Assembly (NCBI GenBank): GCA_016207805.1
Contig: JACQZO010000020.1
Span: forward strand, 35,634 to 99,633
Direction: 5' to 3'
Source of the DNA: Candidatus Abawacabacteria bacterium
GTDB taxonomy: Bacteria > Patescibacteriota > Gracilibacteria > RBG-16-42-10
DNA length: 64,000 nucleotides
Shown: positions 44,007-53,467 of the stretch, piece after piece
How the letters are laid out: every line of letters starts with the position of its first letter
Position numbering within the stretch: the stretch's first letter is position 1
Notes under the pieces: model-generated
What the model was told of the DNA's origin: nothing
The model's input: the letters and a program-made list of their open reading frames with translations, nothing else
Databases searched by the model: none
Made by a program: the position numbers and the translations under genes

Positions 44007-45110
44007 TTATCTGAGCGCCTTTAATGACCCCGATGAACTTCTGGTCGAATTATGGACAGATCTCATATGGTGGCCAAGCCATTCTGACCATGGCGGTCTC
44101 TTTCTGAGAGCACGTGTTTGGAGAGATTGTAATGTCCTGCGTTGAAACCCCTGTACTGCTTTAACTTTTGTGTGAAAGTTTTCTGAACTTATTTCTACCC
44201 AATGCATATCAGAAGGCACTGATGAAGAAAGTCCATACCCTTCGGCTTGCAGTACCATAGCCATTTTTGCCCGTACATCTCTAGTGTGGCGATTCTGACT
44301 AAGCTCTAACTTTAACAAAGCTTGAGCAAATGGTAGTTTCGCTTTATCCGGAATTGCATCTCTAAGGACATCATTAATATGCTGGCCAGGAGCCAAATGA
44401 CAACTTGATAGCACATGATCCCTTTTAGACATCAATACATTACCCCCTCCTTCAGAAAGAACTAAAGGCAAAACTTCCACATCTACTCCCGAGGTAAGTG
44501 CGTCCAAGATTACGCCACGAACAGCACAAGCAGCAAAAACCCTCCTTAAATAAGGCTCTAAATTAGGCACAAAATTACCACTTTCCCGATCAGGATCAGG
44601 ACTAGCCAGCTCTAAAAACCTTTGTTCTGTAAGCCATTCTACCTTATCGTGGCCATGCCTTTCTGGCTTCAAAGCTAATCGAGATGACTTTTTTAAGACC
44701 GCCACAATACGATGAATCAAAAAACGATATTTCCCATCCTCAGTATCATAATAAGGACAGTCTCTATCCAATTGCCAAACATCCCAATAGTGCTGGCCCA
44801 CAATCATACCAATTTCTTCCTCTAGTTCACGCAATATAGTAAACCACAAATTCCTATCCTCAGGACTTTCTTTACCACTAATAAGCTCCCATTTTCCCCC
44901 ATTACGCACGGAATCGCTCCTTCTCCTAGCTATTAAAACCGCTTTAAAATCAGCCCTCAGCATAGCAACGGATGCTACGATAACTTTTTTTCGTAAATCA
45001 TCCCCAGTTTCACTAGGTGACGGCGGAGTCGAAGGAGGAATTGATCCCACAAGATCATGATGAAGAATTGAAGCCATATGCAAAAGCCGGAAAATAAAAT
45101 ACCACATCAA
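44007..45110 (-). CDS. hypothetical protein with Nudix-like box
   Basis: 367 aa. SGKESPEDRNLWFTILRELEEEIGM matches the Nudix box G-x5-E-x7-REUxEExGU apart from a one-residue spacing difference and D for the first E. The C-terminal half is unassigned. More GC-rich by eye. Confidence 0.55.
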   Translation of the reverse strand: MMWYFIFRLLHMASILHHDLVGSIPPSTPPSPSETGDDLRKKVIVASVAMLRADFKAVLIARRRSDSVRNGGKWELISGKESPEDRNLWFTILRELEEEIGMIVGQHYWDVWQLDRDCPYYDTEDGKYRFLIHRIVAVLKKSSRLALKPERHGHDKVEWLTEQRFLELASPDPDRESGNFVPNLEPYLRRVFAACAVRGVILDALTSGVDVEVLPLVLSEGGGNVLMSKRDHVLSSCHLAPGQHINDVLRDAIPDKAKLPFAQALLKLELSQNRHTRDVRAKMAMVLQAEGYGLSSSVPSDMHWVEISSENFHTKVKAVQGFQRRTLQSLQTRALRKRPPWSEWLGHHMRSVHNSTRSSSGSLKALR

Positions 45111-45232
45111 TAAAGGATGTCAATAGTCTTAGCGTTGTTTTAGTCCATCAACCACTATTAGTTGATTTTTACTATCAGCCGATCACCAGCATTATTATCC
45201 GGCCCAGGTCATATTACTGGTGAGAAGCAGCA

Positions 45233-46318
45233 TTAACTTACTATCAAGCCCATCAGGTAAAGCCGTGCCGCCTCATAACGCTCACGAGGTATTCTTCGCC
45301 AGGTGCCAAAATGATCAAGAATATCTTGCAAATGATTCAACACAACTTCCTTCTTTAGCAGAGTCCACCAGTTTGCTGGCAATTGACTAATTGCCTCAGG
45401 ATAATGTTGTACTAAAGAATAGGTAATAGTCGCCAAGCTAGCACGTTCACGAGTAATTGAATCTGCAACACCGCTACAACGTCTTCGTTCCTGATGATTT
45501 GAAATTTTTGTATTCAATAAATCAAGCACCCAATCATAGTGAGACTGAGCTACAGAAGAAGTTCGTCCGATATAGATAGCTGAATCATTGCGCCCCATAG
45601 CAATATCTAAAGCGTTTGGCATAGTCCTATTCACATCAGGTTCCACTCCTAACTCAATCCCAAGAGTAAGAACAAAAGCACGTTCACGATCGGCACCATT
45701 AGCACTCTGAAGCCAAGCTTGAATTTTATCAGTATATAATCTTTCCCATACTGGTAGAATGGCATGTACAGGATAACTATCTCTATGGGTAGAAGAATCC
45801 CATCTAGCTACCTCACAGGCATTATTATAGTTAGTATTACTCGGACCAATGTCGGGCCCAAACTGGCTAATAAATGCTGCATGGATGCCTTCAGCTTTTT
45901 CTCTACGAGAACGTGCCTGATCCACCCTGGCACTAATGTCAGCAACCCAGCTCTCAGAAATACTTTGAGCAGTGATAGCCGCTTCATTAGCAGCTCGCTC
46001 TTGTTGTTGAGCAAAACGTTCCTGAGCAAGATGAGTGAGAGCAGAAGAAGCGGACTCATTAGTAACTAACAAAGAATGGTGAGAAGGTAGCGAATCAGTT
46101 GAGTTATTTGTGATCGGCCTATGAATTATTCCATCTGAATTCACCTGGGCTGTTTCGTTCCTATGGGCAGAAGGATTGGAAGGCTCACCTGAATTCAGTA
46201 TATGTTTAATAGCCCCCACTAAACCAAGTGTAGCAACCAAGGCCAAAACTTTTCTATCAATTTTTAATCTTTTTCTAGATTCAAGAGAGTGATCTGATTC
46301 TGAAGGCAACCGAGACAT
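45233..46318 (-). CDS. hypothetical protein with N-terminal membrane anchor
   Basis: 361 aa. Single hydrophobic segment VLALVATLGLVGAI near the N terminus. No recognisable domain. Confidence 0.6.
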   Translation of the reverse strand: MSRLPSESDHSLESRKRLKIDRKVLALVATLGLVGAIKHILNSGEPSNPSAHRNETAQVNSDGIIHRPITNNSTDSLPSHHSLLVTNESASSALTHLAQERFAQQQERAANEAAITAQSISESWVADISARVDQARSRREKAEGIHAAFISQFGPDIGPSNTNYNNACEVARWDSSTHRDSYPVHAILPVWERLYTDKIQAWLQSANGADRERAFVLTLGIELGVEPDVNRTMPNALDIAMGRNDSAIYIGRTSSVAQSHYDWVLDLLNTKISNHQERRRCSGVADSITRERASLATITYSLVQHYPEAISQLPANWWTLLKKEVVLNHLQDILDHFGTWRRIPRERYEAARLYLMGLIVS

Positions 46319-46621
46319 ATTGTATTTTTATAAATAATACCATAAATGCATTGAATCACCTATGCTACTCACATAAAAAAGCCATAGATCATTTACTTAA
46401 TTTTATTCATCTTCGATCTCCTGGTATGCCTGCGTGCATTAGCACTTCCTCTTGCGCAAAGCCTTCAGAGGACACAGTCGGCAGCCTAACACTGCACTGG
46501 CTCAGCTGCTGGCCTTTTATTCATAATAACGTACATGTAAAATTAGCCTATCAGCGTTGGCCTACCTACACCGAAAGTTTCGGCAGACTGGCCTGCCAAC
46601 CGAAGCTCGCAGAGCGCAGGT

Positions 46622-46711
46622 TGGCGGAGAGAAGGAGATTCGAACTCCTGATCCCCTTGCGAGGATGCACGCTTTCCAAGCGTGTGCACTAGACCACTAT
46701 GCGATCTCTCC
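46622..46711 (-). tRNA. tRNA-Ser (anticodon GGA), CCA encoded
   Basis: The reverse complement reads GGAGAGATCGCATAGTGGTCTAGTGCACACGCTTGGAAAGCGTGCATCCTCGCAAGGGGATCAGGAGTTCGAATCTCCTTCTCTCCGCCA. 7 bp acceptor stem, anticodon stem CACGC/GCGTG with loop TTGGAAA, long variable arm, T-loop GTTCGAATC. Confidence 0.9.
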
Positions 46712-46883
46712 AAATAAAAGAATGAAGAATGAAGCGAGGAGAATGTGGATTAGAAAGACCTGCTTTCCCATTATTCTTATCCTTATACTAATCCTTCGAG
46801 TCCGTTTCGACTGTCCTTTACAAAAAGGCAGCCTTATTAATCGAGGATAAAGATTAGGATAAGACGAGTTCCTTCGGACTCGT
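46712..46883. repeat. tRNA-Tyr/tRNA-Ser spacer built from heptamer tracts and an inverted repeat
   Basis: aagaatg aagaatg aagcgag gagaatg (46718-46745). attctta tccttat actaatc ctt faces aggataa agattag gataaga. Hairpin acgagt tccttcgg actcgt abuts tRNA-Tyr. Confidence 0.75.
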
Positions 46884-46969
46884 TGGTGGGCCGGGACGGA
46901 TTCGAACCGCCGAAGGCGTAAGCCAGCAGATTTACAGTCTGCCCCGTTTGGCCACTTCGGTACCGACCC
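46884..46969 (-). tRNA. tRNA-Tyr (anticodon GTA), CCA encoded
   Basis: The reverse complement reads GGGTCGGTACCGAAGTGGCCAAACGGGGCAGACTGTAAATCTGCTGGCTTACGCCTTCGGCGGTTCGAATCCGTCCCGGCCCACCA. Anticodon stem GCAGA/TCTGC with loop CTGTAAA, long variable arm as in bacterial tRNA-Tyr. Confidence 0.9.
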
Positions 46970-47016
46970 CCATAAAGCGCTCACACTCTATAAACTTCTG
47001 CTTGCCACGTCAACAC

Positions 47017-47056
47017 GGAATTAGAATTATAGATTCTAGATTCTAAAATCTAGATG
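47017..47056. repeat. heptamer tract, AATCTAR class, between tRNA-Tyr and ABC-F
   Basis: ggaatta gaattat agattct agattct aaaatct agatg. Confidence 0.75.
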
Positions 47057-47079
47057 AAATATAGTGAAGAAGTCTCCCA

Positions 47080-47114
47080 TTTCTAATTCCTAATTACTAA
47101 TTCACAATTTTCTT
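47080..47114 (+). repeat. heptamer tract, CTAATTN variant of the leader class, directly 5' of the ABC-F start
   Basis: tttctaa ttcctaa ttactaa ttcacaa ttttctt, then GTG. Confidence 0.8.
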
Positions 47115-48539
47115 GTGCTTCAAATCACCAATCTCACTATCAATCACACTGGCACTGACTTACTCAAAGACTTCAGCGTTAATATCGAGGGTAAAGCAAA
47201 AAAACGGATTGCTATTGTCGGCAAAAATGGTTCTGGCAAATCTTCACTATTAAAAAGCATCGTGGGTATTTATGAAACGATTCCGGGTGAAGTGAATATT
47301 TATCAAGAAATAGTTTCCTATCTACCGCAAGAACCAAATTTCGGCGAGCATCAATTAGTGGGAGAATATTTAGAGAGCTTGATGGCGGAAGCATGGCACA
47401 ATTACAAAGTGGATATTGCCATGCAAGCTGTGGGCTTAGCACCAGAATACTTAATCGCTGAAATACATCACTTGAGTGGCGGCGAAAAAATTAAGGTTGC
47501 CCTAGCCGGATTATTACTGAGTGAGCCCACAATTTTACTTTTAGACGAACCAACCAATAATCTTGATCAAAAAGGTATTGATTGGCTAGAAGACTTTATC
47601 CGCAACTTCAAAGGCACCATTTTGATTGTTTCTCATGATCGCAGTCTTATCTGCCATGTTATCCCAGAGATCTGGGAAATGGATAGTCAATATCAGACTA
47701 TCCAGAAATATACAGGCAACTATGAAAACTTCTTAATCCAAAGAGCACATTATCGTAATCGTCTTCTCCATCAATATGAAAAAGAGGAAGCAGAAATCGA
47801 AGAACTTCGTCTCTGGGTAAGAGCCAACAGCAATCAGCAAAAGTTACGCTTTAGCAGCTTACTAGCGAGCAAAAAAGCCGCACTGGAAAGAGCTCAAGAA
47901 CAACACATTAGTAAACCAATTATTGATCCAGTAATGAAACCTGCTAGGATTCCTGCCACTACTATTGGCTTAGCCTTAAAAGTTGATATTCAAGGGAAAC
48001 AATTTGCTGATAAACAATTACTTGCTGGGGTGAAGTTCAAAGTTCATGGTACCGAGAAAGTATTGATCCAAGGTAAAAATGGAGCCGGGAAAACTACTCT
48101 ACTCAACATTCTCGCCGGTTTAGATACAGACTATCAAGGCTTAGTAGAATATGGTGACAAATTAGTAATCGGTTATTTACGTCAACACAGTGAACTAGCG
48201 AAAAACAAAACTGTACTTGATGCCTTCAGTGATGCTACCAGAAAACCAGAAAGCATTGCTCGTAGTATTCTCCATCGCTTTCTTTTCCCCACCGACTTTA
48301 TCGACAACAAAATTGTCACTTTAAGTTATGGTGAACAAAGACGTTTAGAATTAGCTATTATGCTTTGCCAAGAACCTAGTTTATTAATTTTAGATGAACC
48401 CACGAATCATCTCGATATTTTCTCCCGCGAAGTGCTAGAAAAACTTATTATCGAACAACCTATTCCCATGATCATTGTCTCTCATGATCGTTATTTTATT
48501 GAAAAGCTGAGAATAGAAAAGATTATTACCATTGAGTAA
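47115..48539 (+). CDS. ABC-F family ATPase (two ABC domains, no membrane domain)
   Basis: 474 aa, GTG start. Walker A GKNGSGKSS and GKNGAGKTT. Signatures LSGGEKIKV and LSYGEQRRL. Walker B LLLDEPTNNLD and LILDEPTNHLD. VSHDR after each. Confidence 0.9.
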   Translation: MLQITNLTINHTGTDLLKDFSVNIEGKAKKRIAIVGKNGSGKSSLLKSIVGIYETIPGEVNIYQEIVSYLPQEPNFGEHQLVGEYLESLMAEAWHNYKVDIAMQAVGLAPEYLIAEIHHLSGGEKIKVALAGLLLSEPTILLLDEPTNNLDQKGIDWLEDFIRNFKGTILIVSHDRSLICHVIPEIWEMDSQYQTIQKYTGNYENFLIQRAHYRNRLLHQYEKEEAEIEELRLWVRANSNQQKLRFSSLLASKKAALERAQEQHISKPIIDPVMKPARIPATTIGLALKVDIQGKQFADKQLLAGVKFKVHGTEKVLIQGKNGAGKTTLLNILAGLDTDYQGLVEYGDKLVIGYLRQHSELAKNKTVLDAFSDATRKPESIARSILHRFLFPTDFIDNKIVTLSYGEQRRLELAIMLCQEPSLLILDEPTNHLDIFSREVLEKLIIEQPIPMIIVSHDRYFIEKLRIEKIITIE

Positions 48540-48610
48540 TTAGGTATATAGTGCAATTAGTAAGAGGTATCTCCAACTTAGCATGTTTCCTTATCCTAAT
48601 TCCTTCCATT

Positions 48611-48647
48611 TTCATTTGTAATTCGTAATTAGTAATTCGCAATTGTT
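48611..48647 (+). repeat. heptamer tract, GTAATTY class, directly 5' of msrB start
   Basis: ttcattt gtaattc gtaatta gtaattc gcaattg tt, then ATG. Confidence 0.85.
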
Positions 48648-49025
48648 ATGATTGATTTTAAAGACCAACTTACCCCTGAGCAATACAACATTTGTTTTTT
48701 AAAGGGTACCGAGCCACCATTTTCTGGTAAGTATTATCAAAATAAGGAACCCGGAGTATATCATTGTGCTGCTTGCAAAAATCCCCTTTTCTCTTCCGAG
48801 ACAAAGTTTGATTCAGGGACAGGTTGGCCCAGCTTTTGGGACCCGATGTATCAGGCAAATATTAAAAAAGTTCTTGATGAAGGTCATGGTATGGTGCGCA
48901 CAGAAGTAACCTGTGCCAATTGTGGCGCTCATCTCGGTCACGTTTTTGATGATGGCCCCGCTCCGACAAATCAACGCTACTGCATCAATTCTTTAGCATT
49001 AGATTTTATCCCTAAAGCATCATGA
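48648..49025 (+). CDS. msrB: peptide-methionine (R)-S-oxide reductase
   Basis: 125 aa. [56 protein letters not shown] are canonical MsrB (SelR) motifs, including both CxxC zinc pairs. Confidence 0.95.
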   Translation: MIDFKDQLTPEQYNICFLKGTEPPFSGKYYQNKEPGVYHCAACKNPLFSSETKFDSGTGWPSFWDPMYQANIKKVLDEGHGMVRTEVTCANCGAHLGHVFDDGPAPTNQRYCINSLALDFIPKAS

Positions 49026-49477
49026 TGTTAAAAGCCTACTATCATTCTCCCATCGGGATAATCGAGATCACTAGCCAGAATAGCGCTATTCATTCCATTC
49101 TGTTTGTGGAACAAGCATTCAAGAATGATGCAGATGAATTGCTCAATAATTGCCTACTCCAGTTAGACGAATACTTCCAAGGACAAAGAAAAGAATTTAG
49201 TATCCCTTATCAACAAGAAGGCACCGCTTTCCAGCAAAAAGTATGGGAAGCTCTGACCCATATTCCTTATGGCCAAACCTGGTCCTATAGCGACCAAGCT
49301 AAATTCATTCACAAATCCCAAGCCATCAGAGCTGTAGGAGGCACCAATGGCAAAAATCAACTAACTATCCTAGTGCCCTGCCATCGCGTAATAGGCAAAG
49401 ATGGTTCACTAACTGGCTATGGTGGTACTCTCCCCCGAAAAAAGTGGCTGCTAGAACATGAAAGAAAATTCAGCTAG
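49022..49477 (+). CDS. ogt: methylated-DNA--protein-cysteine methyltransferase
   Basis: 151 aa. [18 protein letters not shown], active site [16 protein letters not shown]. 4 nt overlap with msrB. Confidence 0.9.
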   Translation: MMLKAYYHSPIGIIEITSQNSAIHSILFVEQAFKNDADELLNNCLLQLDEYFQGQRKEFSIPYQQEGTAFQQKVWEALTHIPYGQTWSYSDQAKFIHKSQAIRAVGGTNGKNQLTILVPCHRVIGKDGSLTGYGGTLPRKKWLLEHERKFS

Positions 49478-49525
49478 ACTCAATACACAATAAGGACTAG
49501 CAAATCTTTGTCCCATTACTTGTGC

Positions 49526-49563
49526 CTTCATTTGTAATTCGTAATTCATAATTTGTAATTTCT
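49526..49563 (+). repeat. heptamer tract, GTAATTY class, directly 5' of nitroreductase start
   Basis: cttcatt tgtaatt cgtaatt cataatt tgtaatt tct, then ATG. Confidence 0.85.
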
Positions 49564-50193
49564 ATGTCTTTCCTCGATTCCCTCAATTGGCGTTATGCAA
49601 CCAAAGTATTCGATACCAATAAAAAATTGTCAGCAGAACAACTTCATCTCGTTACTGAATCTTTACGCTTATCTCCCTCTTCTTTTGGCTTACAACCATG
49701 GAAGTTTGTAGTAGTAAGTGATCCAGCCCTCAGAGTAAAGTTGCGCGAAGCTGCCTGGGGACAAGCTCAAGTTACCGACGCATCTCATTTAATTGTTTTA
49801 TGTACCTTAAATACACTTGATACAGCCTACATTGATAGATTTGTGGATTTCATTGTCCAAGAAAACGGTGCTCCAAGAGAAGCATTACAAGGTTATCGTG
49901 ACATGATGGTTGGTTCCATATCCCCACTTAATCCTGAACAATTACAAGCATGGATGCAAAAACAAGTTTACATAGCCCTAGGCGTAGCATTAAGCGCATG
50001 TGCTGTTAATCAAATTGATGCCGCACCGATGGAAGGCTTTGACAAAAATAAATTTGACGAAATTCTAGGACTGAATGCATTAGGAATAAAATCTGCTGTA
50101 CTTTGTGCTGTAGGTTTTAGAAGTGACACGGACAGCAATGCTCAGCAACAAAAAGTACGTTGGCCAGAAAACGAAGTAATTATGGGGAAATAA
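49564..50193 (+). CDS. NAD(P)H nitroreductase family protein
   Basis: 209 aa. RYATKVFD..LSPSSFGLQPWKFVVV..AAWGQAQV..IDAAPMEGF is typical of NfsB/oxygen-insensitive nitroreductases. Confidence 0.85.
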   Translation: MSFLDSLNWRYATKVFDTNKKLSAEQLHLVTESLRLSPSSFGLQPWKFVVVSDPALRVKLREAAWGQAQVTDASHLIVLCTLNTLDTAYIDRFVDFIVQENGAPREALQGYRDMMVGSISPLNPEQLQAWMQKQVYIALGVALSACAVNQIDAAPMEGFDKNKFDEILGLNALGIKSAVLCAVGFRSDTDSNAQQQKVRWPENEVIMGK

Positions 50194-50198
50194 TATAT

Positions 50199-50822
50199 AT
50201 GCAACAAAAAACAATAACCGAGCAGCACAGAAAAACATACCAGGATGCCATCAATCAGCATAATAACGGATTACATGCTATGCACTGGCCTTTTTACAAG
50301 CCGGCTGCCAGAAGATACAAAGAATTACTTGTTGATATTGAGCTAGAAAAAAGATCCATTCTTGATGTTGGCTGTGGCTTGGGTAATCTATTGCCTTATA
50401 TAGCAAGTAAATCAAACAACTTCACCTACCATGGCATAGATATCATGCCCGAATTTATTGCTCAAGCACAGGCATCTTATCCCGAATTCAACTTCAGTGT
50501 GGCAGATTTCTGGTCAGATGATTTTCAAGAAAAAGCTGATATTGTGCTGACTAGTGGCACACTCAACTTTGCAATTCTTGATATCGAGCAGAGAAAAAAA
50601 ATGATCAAAAAGCTTTTTGATCAATCCAATTCAGCTACGGTCTTTAACATGTCAGGACAACATCCAGTGTCTAAAGATATTTCTAGTAAAGGCCTGATTA
50701 GATACGTTGATGCTCTAGAAATTTTTAATTATTGCTTTTCTCTCACCAAAAAAATTGTTTTTCGACACCATTATCATAAATATGATTTCACCATTGCAAT
50801 GTTTCACCAGAAGCGGAAATAA
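50199..50822 (+). CDS. class I SAM-dependent methyltransferase
   Basis: ATG at 50199 is preferred over the ORF-track start at 50160, which overlaps the nitroreductase. Motif I ILDVGCGLGNLLPYI. Confidence 0.7.
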   Translation: MQQKTITEQHRKTYQDAINQHNNGLHAMHWPFYKPAARRYKELLVDIELEKRSILDVGCGLGNLLPYIASKSNNFTYHGIDIMPEFIAQAQASYPEFNFSVADFWSDDFQEKADIVLTSGTLNFAILDIEQRKKMIKKLFDQSNSATVFNMSGQHPVSKDISSKGLIRYVDALEIFNYCFSLTKKIVFRHHYHKYDFTIAMFHQKRK

Positions 50823-51546
50823 TATCCGTAGTAAGAAAATCTTTTTTCAGAAATTGGTATTTATCAAGACTATGGCTGTCTACTAAGCATAGTTTCACAT
50901 GCGTTGAATTACTGCCGCAGTGGCCTTCAAATGCTAAGATATCATTAGTGCCATTCCATTCAATTTCATCTACCATTGCCACCTTACTCGATATATAAGG
51001 ACGCGCATTCATCATTAGTTTATAATTAGCCAAACCGACTGAGCCATAGTGACCATAGGGATTTCTGTCCATCCCTAAGCTATAATATTCTTTTTTTTGT
51101 TTAATCGCCTCATCCACGAGTAGAATATCCGACAAACGTGCCAGCGGTGCTGGTAAATAAAAAGCTACTTTATATGGCAGTACCCGATAACATAAATTGA
51201 TTGATTTCTCTTTTAGACGAAATATCATACCACCAATATAAGAAGATCCTTCATATAAAGAGAGTGCTTGGTATGGCCACTGATTTGGTGCCAAAAGCTT
51301 GGCAAAATTAGCCACAAAGTCACTACCACGACTGAGCATAAGCGCTCTATGAAGGGGAGCAAACTGGGCAATAAGCTCTTCACTTACAGCTTCAAATACA
51401 AATTGGTAATTGCTTTCTTTCAAGAGAGAAAACGCCTTTTTTAAGTGTCTCAGCGACTTCCCTTTAAATAAATCTTGGCCAGAACTTAGTTCTAGCACAT
51501 TGATACGCCAAGTAATATGGTTGGGAAAAGAACCTGTTAACTTCAT
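50788..51546 (-). CDS. hypothetical protein, possibly GNAT/FemAB-like acyltransferase fold
   Basis: 252 aa. The only hint is a weak GLANYKLMMNARP-type C-terminal motif. Convergent 35 nt overlap with the methyltransferase. Confidence 0.45.
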   Translation of the reverse strand: MKLTGSFPNHITWRINVLELSSGQDLFKGKSLRHLKKAFSLLKESNYQFVFEAVSEELIAQFAPLHRALMLSRGSDFVANFAKLLAPNQWPYQALSLYEGSSYIGGMIFRLKEKSINLCYRVLPYKVAFYLPAPLARLSDILLVDEAIKQKKEYYSLGMDRNPYGHYGSVGLANYKLMMNARPYISSKVAMVDEIEWNGTNDILAFEGHCGSNSTHVKLCLVDSHSLDKYQFLKKDFLTTDIISASGETLQW

Positions 51547-51716
51547 AGGTAATTATTCCATTATTAGCTAAAGGACAGCATCTTTATCATCGCACCACAA
51601 CAAAACAACTTAATCCATCATGTTTTCCCAAATAAATAAGACCTAGCATTATTGTAGCATACAACTTTCTCTAATAGTGCAAAATGTGCTATCAGTAGAC
51701 TGGTATTCTCAATTGC

Positions 51717-53456
51717 ATGCTTGATCCTATAGTAGAAATTAAAGCAAAGTTATCGATCGAAGATGTCGTTAAAGATTATGTACAGCTCAAAAGAGCAGGC
51801 CGTAATTTAAAGGGCTTGTGCCCCTTTCATCAAGAAAAGACACCTTCTTTTATGGTCAGTCCTGACAAAGGCATTGCTTATTGTTTTGGCTGTCATCAAG
51901 GCGGTGATATCTTTAAGTTTTATATGGCTGTAGAAAAGGTTGATTTTGCTGAAGCCCTAAATGATTTAGCCGAACGAGTCGGTGTTGTTTTAGAAAAGCA
52001 AAACCCTCAGTTTCTCTCAGCCCAAAAAGAACAGAAAAATAGTTTAAAAAATCTGCTCCACAAAGCTACTCAGTTTTTCCAAGAGCAACTCAAAACCAAT
52101 GCCAAAGCCCAAACTTACCTGACTGAGCGCGTTTTGGAGCCAAGAACTGTGACAATGTTTGGTCTGGGCTATGCCCCAGAGGGTTGGCATGGACTGAGTG
52201 ACTATCTAACCAACCTTGGTTTCTCGACAGACCTGTTGGTACAAGCTGGCGTAGCTATCGCTGACGAACAAAATATCAAAAAGATCCACGATAAGTTTCG
52301 TGACCGCATTATGTTCCCTTTTTATAATGATCGCGGAGATATTATTGGCTTCACTGGCAGAGCTTTGACCAATGAGAATGAACCTAAGTACTTAAACTCT
52401 CCTGAAACTATCCTATTTCACAAAAGCTCATTTATCTATGGACTTCACCAAGCCAAGGAACATATCCGCAAAACAGGCCAAGTATATATAGTAGAGGGCC
52501 AAATAGACTGTTTACAAGCTCAACAAAACAACTTTCCCAATACGGTTGCCGTCTCTGGTACAGCATTTACTATGCAACACTTAGATATTCTCCATCGTTT
52601 TGCTGAAAAGTTAATTTTTGTGTTTGATGGCGACAAAGCAGGAAAAAATGCTGCCTTACGTATTATGCCTGAGCTATTAGCGAATGATATTAATTGTAGT
52701 TTTGCCTTGCTACCTAATGATAGTGATCCCGACTCATTACTACGCCAAGACCAAGCTCTATATCATACACTCTTAGCCAAGCCACTATACTGGCTTGATT
52801 ACATTCATCAGGCTCATTTTGAACATGTATCGCTTAAGGATCCCGAACAATTAAAACTATTTACCGATATTTGCTTGCCCCTAATCAAGAAGCTACCCAA
52901 ACCATTAGATCAAGAAGAGGCATTAACCAAAATCGCCCTGGTCACTGGTAAATCTCCCCACATTTTGCATAAAGCATTACAAAAGACGCGTAGCGAAAAA
53001 CATCGTAATAACACTATCAACAAGACACAGATGCCAGATATGGTGAGCTATTATTTGGCATTTTGTTGTCAATTCCCTCAATTCATCAATGACCTCATTG
53101 ATACGCATCTATTAGCATTTTTAGCTCCTACGGAACAAGACATTTACAGAAAAGCACATGCATATTATAGTGAGCCGCGAACAGCGTTACCCTCAACTTC
53201 GCTGCTAGATGCTTTGCCTATCCCTCAAGATACATTTTCTTTACTGCTCTTAGAGATTGAAGAACGCTATGGGGCCTATAATGAAGAACGAGTTGCTGAA
53301 GAGAGAAATACCTTGTTCAAAAGAACAAAAGAGACATTAAAGAAAAAACAACTCATTATTTTGAAGCAAAGACTAGAAGAAGCAAGAAAAGAAAACAATA
53401 AGGAACTACAAAAGCAAATTCTGGCCGAGACGGCCCAAACTCTCAAATACACTTAA
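51717..53456 (+). CDS. dnaG: DNA primase
   Basis: 579 aa. CHC2 zinc finger [54 protein letters not shown]. Confidence 0.95.
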   Translation: MLDPIVEIKAKLSIEDVVKDYVQLKRAGRNLKGLCPFHQEKTPSFMVSPDKGIAYCFGCHQGGDIFKFYMAVEKVDFAEALNDLAERVGVVLEKQNPQFLSAQKEQKNSLKNLLHKATQFFQEQLKTNAKAQTYLTERVLEPRTVTMFGLGYAPEGWHGLSDYLTNLGFSTDLLVQAGVAIADEQNIKKIHDKFRDRIMFPFYNDRGDIIGFTGRALTNENEPKYLNSPETILFHKSSFIYGLHQAKEHIRKTGQVYIVEGQIDCLQAQQNNFPNTVAVSGTAFTMQHLDILHRFAEKLIFVFDGDKAGKNAALRIMPELLANDINCSFALLPNDSDPDSLLRQDQALYHTLLAKPLYWLDYIHQAHFEHVSLKDPEQLKLFTDICLPLIKKLPKPLDQEEALTKIALVTGKSPHILHKALQKTRSEKHRNNTINKTQMPDMVSYYLAFCCQFPQFINDLIDTHLLAFLAPTEQDIYRKAHAYYSEPRTALPSTSLLDALPIPQDTFSLLLLEIEERYGAYNEERVAEERNTLFKRTKETLKKKQLIILKQRLEEARKENNKELQKQILAETAQTLKYT

Positions 53457-53467
53457 CATATTATCCC

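Noticed and set aside
46319-46621. Specific assignment of the GC-rich non-coding segment as RNase P RNA, SRP RNA or tmRNA
   Set aside because: Only 9-11 nt resemblances to conserved regions, in the wrong order for RNase P. No GGAA-tetraloop helix 8 signature for SRP RNA. No tRNA-like acceptor/T-arm pair for tmRNA. Kept only as an unassigned candidate.
46351-46984. ORF-track entries 46351-46692, 46557-46850 and 46697-46984
   Set aside because: All three read straight through the tRNA-Ser and/or tRNA-Tyr genes and heptamer repeats. Their translations are Arg-rich nonsense.
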